64,000 nucleotides of DNA. Origin: a virus (lineage: Duplodnaviria > Caudoviricetes). Below, piece by piece: positions 57,445 to 64,000 of this stretch. The translations under genes were made by a program, and so were the position numbers. The stretch spans positions 37,921 to 101,920 of IMG/VR virus record IMGVR_UViG_3300033069_001774. The stretch is one strand, 5' to 3'. The notes below the pieces were generated by a model, which saw nothing but the letters and a program-made list of their open reading frames with translations, had not been told where the DNA came from and did no database searches. The number at the start of each line of letters is the position of its first letter. Positions within the stretch are counted from its first letter, which is position 1.

Positions 57445-59136
57445 ATGTATTTAAAATCATTTTCAGCATTACCCACCCCAAAAGAGTTTGCGGATGGCGG
57501 AGGCAGCTTTGTAAAGCATGTCAGCAGCGCGGCGCTGCGATCTCCCGCCGCAGCTCTGTCGCACGTGTCGGCTCCGCGCGGTTTGCGTAATCACGTGTGG
57601 GTTCCCACGCGCTACATCGCAAAAATGTGCAACTGGCGGCACGACAATCTGCTGCGCGCCTTGAAGCAGTTTGTGCGTGCTAAGTTCAAGAAGGAATCTG
57701 CGGCACAGGTGTTGTTGTCTGACGCTTCTCAGGAGGCGCAGGATCTGTTCACAGAGCGCAGACACGTCCGCACTACTCACCGCCCGCAAGCACACTTCAT
57801 GGTAGTCCCACAGGTGGACGAGGCAGACATGCGCATCGGCGGGCGGGGTAACGTGGCGCACCGAGGGATCGTGATAGGTGATGTAGGCTGCTACGCTGTG
57901 GCATTGCCAGTCTGGCAGGAGTTTGTGGACTGGCTTCTGACGCACACTGTAAAGTTTGCGGACCGACAGGCTAGACTGCGCTCGCTCGGATTCCAACCGC
58001 TCAACGAGGAGATGCAAGAAATCGCAGAGGTGTCCGGGCTCGACGCGGGGGATCCCTGCGGACGTATCCGGCGGCGTGTGGAGAGTGTGTATGCGGAGTT
58101 CCTGAGTGAGGAGGAGATGAAAGACTTCACACATCGTGAAGCATCTCGTGCAGGTGAACTTGCGTTCACAGATTTCAGGGCTGACAACACGATAGGGATT
58201 CGACAGCTCGCCGACTTCCTCGGCTACAAGCCCCGCCGCTTGGTGGACGTGCTGGCGCAGTCGACCAGCTATCTGGGCGCCGAGGAGCGAGCACTGCATG
58301 CTGATGCGGGAACGCTGGATCAACGCATCAGTTTCAAGGCGGCAATGTACTTGCTGCTGAAACTGCCTAAGGCGCAGAAACAGCGCCTGATGCTGTTCAA
58401 CGCGTTGTTCGACAAGCTCCAGACTCCCCGGATTGCGCTGGAAGATGGGCGTCCTGACTTCAATAATCCGGTGGCGGTTCGCCAGGCTTATTTGTCGCTG
58501 GAGCACACCTATCACGCGGCCGTGGCCGAGGTGGACACCGTGCGGCGGGAGAAGGTGGAGCTGGACAGTCAGCTGCGTGTGGTAGTGGCTGCCAGAGAAG
58601 GTTTGGAGGTGCGAACCGCTGCGTTGGAGAAAGGCTTGGTCATGTCGGCCGCTGCCGGCAATCTGGCTGCAGACAACGTGGATGACCACATCGTACGTAA
58701 CGCCTCGCAACTCCGCCGTGATCACAACCTGATGGGCAAGAAAGATGCGTTGCAAGATTTGTCGCGCTACTTGCACGACCAGTCTCTGGCGCACTTGCTG
58801 CTTAACCAAACGGAAATGTTTGCCATGCTCACGTGGTGGACGTGCGAGAAGCTGCGCGACGCGGATGGTGCGCCGGTGATCCGCCACACCATCCGACAAA
58901 ACGACTTCGCCAGACGCTACAAAGTGTATGCATCAGGCGCCGGGCAGGAGGGTGCATTTCAGAAGCATGGGGCTGCTACGAAAACATCTTGGATGGTGTT
59001 CTTCACGCCCAAAGGCATAGAGACGTTCCGTGGCTCGTTCACACAGCTGCGCGACCTCTGGATTGCAGAGGGCAAACCCAAGGCGGCTCTGGACCGCTCA
59101 ACGCAGGAGGCCGTCGTGGAGGCGGAAGCAGCATGA
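57445..59136 (+). CDS. Rha/antirepressor-like regulatory protein
   Basis: Rha-like 'TRYIAKMCNWRHDNLLRAL', linker 'PDFNNPVAVRQAY', KilA-C/ANT-like end 'VFFTPKG'. Confidence 0.6.
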   Translation: MYLKSFSALPTPKEFADGGGSFVKHVSSAALRSPAAALSHVSAPRGLRNHVWVPTRYIAKMCNWRHDNLLRALKQFVRAKFKKESAAQVLLSDASQEAQDLFTERRHVRTTHRPQAHFMVVPQVDEADMRIGGRGNVAHRGIVIGDVGCYAVALPVWQEFVDWLLTHTVKFADRQARLRSLGFQPLNEEMQEIAEVSGLDAGDPCGRIRRRVESVYAEFLSEEEMKDFTHREASRAGELAFTDFRADNTIGIRQLADFLGYKPRRLVDVLAQSTSYLGAEERALHADAGTLDQRISFKAAMYLLLKLPKAQKQRLMLFNALFDKLQTPRIALEDGRPDFNNPVAVRQAYLSLEHTYHAAVAEVDTVRREKVELDSQLRVVVAAREGLEVRTAALEKGLVMSAAAGNLAADNVDDHIVRNASQLRRDHNLMGKKDALQDLSRYLHDQSLAHLLLNQTEMFAMLTWWTCEKLRDADGAPVIRHTIRQNDFARRYKVYASGAGQEGAFQKHGAATKTSWMVFFTPKGIETFRGSFTQLRDLWIAEGKPKAALDRSTQEAVVEAEAA

Positions 59137-59423
59137 GCTTCATACCCGCCACCCCGTTTACCGCGGATAATCCGCGCTTTGTTTGGAACGTAGGGGCACG
59201 CCCCGAGGAGTTCCCTGATCTACCAGAGCAGCGCGGCTCGGTGGATCTGATTGACCGGCACACCGGTGGTGTCGTGGTTAGTATCGCGGAGCGGTACGGG
59301 CAGTTGCTGTGTCTACAGCGTGAAGATATAGGTGCGTGCGCGCCGTTCGCGGACTTGGAACGCTGGCTGAACCGGCTATCCTCTCGCGCTCTGGAATCTG
59401 AAGGACTACCTACTACACCATGA
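59133..59423 (+). CDS. Hypothetical protein
   Basis: ATGA overlaps on both sides. Confidence 0.55.
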   Translation: MSFIPATPFTADNPRFVWNVGARPEEFPDLPEQRGSVDLIDRHTGGVVVSIAERYGQLLCLQREDIGACAPFADLERWLNRLSSRALESEGLPTTP

Positions 59424-62400
59424 CCCCACCCACCCCAGACTTGTTCGACACGACACCCACTACAAATCAGCTCGAGGAAGACGTAGTGGTCGAAGGCGCC
59501 TGGGAGGTGCCTGTGAACTTGCGCGAATCGCGTCGCGTGGGTGGACGAATATGCGTGGCGGGCCGAGGACCTGCCCCTAGCGATCTGATGTTCGTATGCT
59601 CTTCGGTGCTCGAGGAGGAGGTGGCGGACGAAGAGGTCGGCAACTATGGGCACAAGTTCCGTCGCAAGCCGGCGTACTTGAAAGGTCCCGTGGGTATGAT
59701 CCTGAGGGAGCTGTGCCAGTCAGTAGGCATCGACATCGACAGTCAAGTGTACTACACCGCGCTCGCCAAATGGCTGCTGCCGAAAGATGCGCGCCTGGCA
59801 CCCAAGGCGAATCACGTGGAGCCTGGCCTGCGATGTCTGGCTCGCGAGGTGCAGGCAGTGGAGCCTAAAATCGTGGTCACTTTTGGGAAGGCAGCATTCG
59901 AGTTCTTCTGCCCGGTGAAAATCAAATTCGACGATGCAGTCGGTGCGATCTTTTACTCCAGGGAGTTCAACTGTCGCGTCATGCCGATGAAGCACAGCTT
60001 CTACATCATGTCGAAACCTGAGTGGATGGAATCGTTTCGGATGGACATGCGGCAGGTGGCGGAGCTCTACAACGAAATCCAGGGCGCCGTCATCAACAAG
60101 GTGGAGAAGCACTACCGCACGGTGCACAACTCACACGAGCTGCGTCAGCTGGTGTCGGAGATCATGCCCTTCGATGTATATTCGGTGGACTGCGAATGGC
60201 ACGGAGAGAACCACGTCGACGGACAGCTACGGTCCTTGCAGATTTGCTGGAAGGACGGACACGCGGCCTACATCCGTTTTGTCGACGACGCATTCAACTA
60301 CGTTTTCGACATACCCTACAAGGCAGCTGGCGCCATCCTGTCGCTCGCGCTGGACCGCCCTGTGGCCAAATACGTAGGGCACCACATCGCCGCTGACTTG
60401 CCGTGGATGCATCACGTGCTCGGGCTGCAGTGGTTCAACAAGGTGCGCCTGGACACGGAGTTCGCCTACCAGTGCTGCAACGAGCATGCGCAGCTGGGCT
60501 TGGAGCGCCACTCGGTGCGCTTCACAGACCTCGGGCGCTACGAGATGGATCTCGTGCTGTGTCGCAAAGAAATGAAGCTGGAGAAGGACAAAGGCTACGG
60601 CCGCATTCCAGATCCAATTCTGATCCCGTACGCACAGTGCGACGTTGACGTTCCCATGCGCAGCTACCCTCAGATTGAGGCGGAGCTGGAGCGGCAAGGG
60701 CTGCTCGCGTACTACCGCGAAATCCTGAATCCGTTTGTTTCGAATGTGTTCACGCAGTTCGCGCTGACCGGGCTGCCGATGAACATGCCGCGGCTGGAAG
60801 AGATGCGCGATCTGTACGGTTACGCTTACGTGGAGATGGAGCGGGCATTGAAACGCAGCATGTACGAGGAGGCTTGGCCGCTGATCTCTAAAGTGCTGGA
60901 GCGTGTGGGTGTCGATCCGCAGATGGCCATCCAGGTGGCCTTTTCGATGAAGGAGGAGTACGAGGACGCGCAGGCGGAGCAGAAAGACTGCTGGGAGACG
61001 CTGGTGGCAATGATGCAGACGGTGGTGCCGCCGGAGAAAAGGGCATCGGTACTCCCGGCGATCAAGCATGCGTATTACGCGCAGAGCTTCAACATCCAGT
61101 CAAAGCCGGCTCTCAAAGTCTGGCTGTTCGACGTCAAAGGCTACACCCCGGTAAAATCAACAGCCAACAAAGCGCGGGGCATTCCCGCCATGGACTGGAG
61201 CAAAGTGATGGCTTGGAAGCCAGAGCGTCGCGCGGGGATCAATCCGTCAGCAGACCAGCAGACGCTGCTGATCCTGTCGGAGCAGCACGATGACGCTGTG
61301 CTTCGAGAGTTGCTGGAGCTGAACTCGGTGTTCAGCATCAAGAAGTCTTTCCTCAAAGATCCCATCCTAGACGTGGAGACTGGGGAAGTGATTGCAGAAG
61401 CTGGCTTGTTTGCTTGGGTAGCGTCCGACGGGCGCGTGCATGGCCAGTATTCGCTGACGGAAACTGGTCGGCCGCGTGCGTGGAAGCCGAACGTGCTGAA
61501 CTGGCCATCTTATCTTCAAGACCGTATTGCGCTAGGTATCGCACGGGTGCTGCAGATTGCGGAGGAGCGCGGAGATCTGCCGGAGCGCTTCCGTAAGTAT
61601 TTGGACACAATCGACAAGGACACGAGCGTCAAGGAGCGCAAGGTCAAGGTCCCTGCGCTGCGTTCGTGCGTGTGGGCGCCGCCAGGCTGGTGCATGGTGG
61701 AGTCAGACTTCAAGACGGCGGAGATTCGTGGGCTGGCGTTCATCAGCGGGGATACGAACCTCATCCGGATCATGACCGAGCCGGATACGCAATTCGGATT
61801 GATCAAGGTGGGCGCAGACGAGGTGGAAATTCGCTTCAGCTATGCGCACGACTGCGCTATCCCCGTCGCGCATCAGGATCCTCTGTGCATCATGCACTAT
61901 TGGAACAAGGGCAAGATGGTGCGAGCAGTAAACCCAGACGAGCTGCTGCGGGATGCGGATGGTTCTATTCGTCACCCCGCTGCGGACTTGCACTGGTCGC
62001 TGGCAGAACGTGTGCGCAGTGTACCGCGGGAGAAGATGAATAAGAAAGCGGACCGAGGCGCGGCCAAGGTCGGAAACTTCTCCTCTGCGTATGGTGCAAC
62101 TGCCATGACGCTGGAGCGCAAGATCGAAGCCGACACCGGCAAGAAACCCGAGGAAGGCACCGGAGAGAAAATCCTAGAAGCGCTGGCGAATAGGCAGCCC
62201 GTGGCAGATGGATATTTAAAAGCTGTAGCCATGGCCCCGGAGGCCCCGGGCTACCTGCGAGCAGCGTCGGGGCGTTTGCGCCATGCGTGTATGCCGTCCG
62301 AGGTCGCCGGTCTGTCTGGCAATTTGAGGCAGTCGTTGTTGAGCGCGCAAGGTCGGGAGTTTCGTAACTTCCCCATGCAGGAGTCGGTGGCAGCCACCGC

Positions 62401-62770
62401 AGCCATCGCCGGCAACAAGCTGCTGGAGTTTAAATACCAGTGCGGTCTGACCGGCGTGCCGATGATCATTCTGTACGACAGTGTGGTGACGTTGTGTCCG
62501 CCGAGCGAGCGAGCGGTGTGGGCCAAGGCGCATACGCTGTTCATGTTCCTGGCCAATGGTTGGCAGTATCACGGGCGCGTGTTGCGCTACCCGATTGACA
62601 CCGAGCTGAACACGGGCTGGTCGGAGCGCCCGTCAGGATTAGACGCCAAGCTGCTGGAGTCGGCGGCCTACATGCCGACACCGGAGCACTTGAAGCACAT
62701 CGAAGGGTGGCTTGATTCAGCGATCGCCTATTACACGGCGCATCCAGAGGCGGCCGTGTACAACAAATGA
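59420..62770 (+). CDS. polA: Family A DNA polymerase with N-terminal UDG-like domain and 3'-5' exonuclease
   Basis: UDG-like 'GRGP..DLMFV...PKIVVTFGKAA'; Exo DCE/DL/YAQCD; TETGR; motif A DFKTAEIR; motif B RGAAKVGNFSSAYG; motif C LYDS. Confidence 0.92.
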   Translation: MTPPTPDLFDTTPTTNQLEEDVVVEGAWEVPVNLRESRRVGGRICVAGRGPAPSDLMFVCSSVLEEEVADEEVGNYGHKFRRKPAYLKGPVGMILRELCQSVGIDIDSQVYYTALAKWLLPKDARLAPKANHVEPGLRCLAREVQAVEPKIVVTFGKAAFEFFCPVKIKFDDAVGAIFYSREFNCRVMPMKHSFYIMSKPEWMESFRMDMRQVAELYNEIQGAVINKVEKHYRTVHNSHELRQLVSEIMPFDVYSVDCEWHGENHVDGQLRSLQICWKDGHAAYIRFVDDAFNYVFDIPYKAAGAILSLALDRPVAKYVGHHIAADLPWMHHVLGLQWFNKVRLDTEFAYQCCNEHAQLGLERHSVRFTDLGRYEMDLVLCRKEMKLEKDKGYGRIPDPILIPYAQCDVDVPMRSYPQIEAELERQGLLAYYREILNPFVSNVFTQFALTGLPMNMPRLEEMRDLYGYAYVEMERALKRSMYEEAWPLISKVLERVGVDPQMAIQVAFSMKEEYEDAQAEQKDCWETLVAMMQTVVPPEKRASVLPAIKHAYYAQSFNIQSKPALKVWLFDVKGYTPVKSTANKARGIPAMDWSKVMAWKPERRAGINPSADQQTLLILSEQHDDAVLRELLELNSVFSIKKSFLKDPILDVETGEVIAEAGLFAWVASDGRVHGQYSLTETGRPRAWKPNVLNWPSYLQDRIALGIARVLQIAEERGDLPERFRKYLDTIDKDTSVKERKVKVPALRSCVWAPPGWCMVESDFKTAEIRGLAFISGDTNLIRIMTEPDTQFGLIKVGADEVEIRFSYAHDCAIPVAHQDPLCIMHYWNKGKMVRAVNPDELLRDADGSIRHPAADLHWSLAERVRSVPREKMNKKADRGAAKVGNFSSAYGATAMTLERKIEADTGKKPEEGTGEKILEALANRQPVADGYLKAVAMAPEAPGYLRAASGRLRHACMPSEVAGLSGNLRQSLLSAQGREFRNFPMQESVAATAAIAGNKLLEFKYQCGLTGVPMIILYDSVVTLCPPSERAVWAKAHTLFMFLANGWQYHGRVLRYPIDTELNTGWSERPSGLDAKLLESAAYMPTPEHLKHIEGWLDSAIAYYTAHPEAAVYNK

Positions 62771-62902
62771 GGGTGTGATTGTTGTGGATTATTCCGGAAA
62801 ACATACCCCTTGGAAAAGCCGGAAACTAAAACTCCAGGTTAGGACTTGTCGGCGACACCGCGCTCGCCATTCATTCATTTCTTTCTCTCGTTAACTTCAA
62901 TT

Positions 62903-64000
62903 ATGTCAAATCAAACACATCGGCGTTTTACAGGCGGCACTGGGGCGAACCAGTCCGAGGACTCAGGCATGGGACTCATTTCCATGACCAAACCAGGCGT
63001 GGAGGCGTTGTTCGCGTCCTCCAAAAAAGTGGGGCTCGTTGTGCGAGTGCTTCCCGCATTCAACGACAGCGTCCCCCCAACGGACCCCGCGTTCAAAACA
63101 AGCTGGGCGCCGTACCGAGATCGCGACGCGATCAACCCGGAAAAAGGCACACCAATGTTCACGCGCTGGGCTCAGGAAATCCGCGCGTATCGGTTCTTCG
63201 GAAAGTCAGAGTCCAGCTTCATCAGCCCGTCCACCATGGCCATGCTGATCGACGATCCGCAGCCTATTCACAAGGCTTGCCCGATCATGGATCTGCGCAA
63301 GTTCTGCTCGAAACATGAGCAGTTGAAACACCTGGTCGACAAGGACGGCGGAGAGAGCGACAGCAAGTATGCCAAAGCAGTTATCCCAGCTTCCAGCAAA
63401 CTGGCAGTCTTTGGTGTTGCCTACGTGCATCAGCAGCAGGCCACGGCTAAAGTGGCGCTGCAGTTCTTGACCATGGGCGGCATGATGTATCTGCGTGAAT
63501 GTCTGGACTGGCCAATGACGACGGACCCGCAGGCGCAGCAGATGCGGGACGAGGCGTGGCCTGATTTCTTGCTCGGCGACATCACAGCCCCTAATCGCGG
63601 CGCTCGTGCATTTGTCGTGCAGCGGCAGATTGCAAATGTGAATGCGAAGCCGTGGTGTCTGCAATTTACGGCGCACGACCAGCGCATTGGTGGCTTTCAA
63701 GCTGCACCAATCAGTCCGGAGGTTCTTGCGCAGCGTTACGATTTCCTGAGTCCGGACGTGCTGAACATTCCGACGTACCAGGAGATCGTCGATTTCCTGC
63801 ACGCTGACGGAATCGTGCCACGCGACGTCATCGCTTACGCTTGCGGTGGTGGTGCGGATGTGAACACACAGCAGCCGCCTACGTTCGCAGCTGCAGTGAC
63901 CGGCTTCCCAGGCCCTGCGGCTGGTGGTTTCGGCGGTGCTCCCGCTGGTGGCTTCGGCGGTGCTCCCGCTGGTGGCTTCGGCGGTGCTCCCGCTGGTGGC
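62903..64000 (+). CDS. gp32-like single-stranded DNA-binding protein (3' truncated; absent from ORF track)
   Basis: Open from ATG 62903 to window end; 'VRVLPA', 'CPIMD', 'GDITAP..G', 'TYQEIVDFL', then Gly-rich tail. Confidence 0.6.
   Translation, partial: MSNQTHRRFTGGTGANQSEDSGMGLISMTKPGVEALFASSKKVGLVVRVLPAFNDSVPPTDPAFKTSWAPYRDRDAINPEKGTPMFTRWAQEIRAYRFFGKSESSFISPSTMAMLIDDPQPIHKACPIMDLRKFCSKHEQLKHLVDKDGGESDSKYAKAVIPASSKLAVFGVAYVHQQQATAKVALQFLTMGGMMYLRECLDWPMTTDPQAQQMRDEAWPDFLLGDITAPNRGARAFVVQRQIANVNAKPWCLQFTAHDQRIGGFQAAPISPEVLAQRYDFLSPDVLNIPTYQEIVDFLHADGIVPRDVIAYACGGGADVNTQQPPTFAAAVTGFPGPAAGGFGGAPAGGFGGAPAGGFGGAPAGG
63920..64000 (+). repeat. 24-nt tandem coding repeat (AGGFGGAP)n
   Basis: GCTGGTGGYTTCGGCGGTGCTCCC x3 plus partial. 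Confidence 0.9.

Noticed and set aside
54796-58899. Long minus-strand ORFs (380, 236 and 476 aa)
   Set aside because: Antisense shadows of GC-rich + strand genes with recognisable motifs
63920-64000. GGY-rich tandem repeat as a possible guide RNA for the RAMP-like protein
   Set aside because: 24-nt period encodes AGGFGGAP in the open SSB frame; not a 5-nt periodic non-coding repeat
1-64000. Stop-codon reassignment, introns or inteins
   Set aside because: Conserved genes (TerL, PolA, helicases, primase) read through intact in the standard code with no splicing motifs evident

Overview
64 kb slice of a large (~60% GC) contractile-tailed dsDNA phage genome, standard genetic code, almost all genes on the + strand. 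1-27.3 kb: tail/baseplate/fibre module (sheath, tube, gp5-like spike, tail chaperone with an in-frame -1 slippery site, tape measure, hub, gp25/BpJ-like wedge, DUF5977-like repeat protein, an embedded sigma-70-like factor, and three fibre/adhesin genes that begin with Sec-type signal peptides). 27.3-36.6 kb: a minus-strand degenerate primase-like gene, a ~650-nt hairpin-dense non-coding region, small genes with a duplicated structured leader, DUF262 and a HerA-like ATPase. 36.6-38.5 kb: terminase large subunit (minus strand). 38.6-64 kb: replication/recombination module (RNase H, SbcD/SbcC, an orphan RAMP/Cas7-fold gene overlapping a UvsW-like helicase, DnaB-like helicase, ThyX, wHTH initiator-like gene preceded by a C4/CI-type antisense RNA with upstream and downstream targets, primase, Rha/Ant protein, UDG-fused PolA, gp32-like SSB running off the end). 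The best leads are the stand-alone RAMP protein without cas genes, the large structured RNA candidate, the complete C4-like antisense circuit, and the signal-peptide-bearing fibres. All annotations come from motif recognition by eye; no searches or folding calculations were run.
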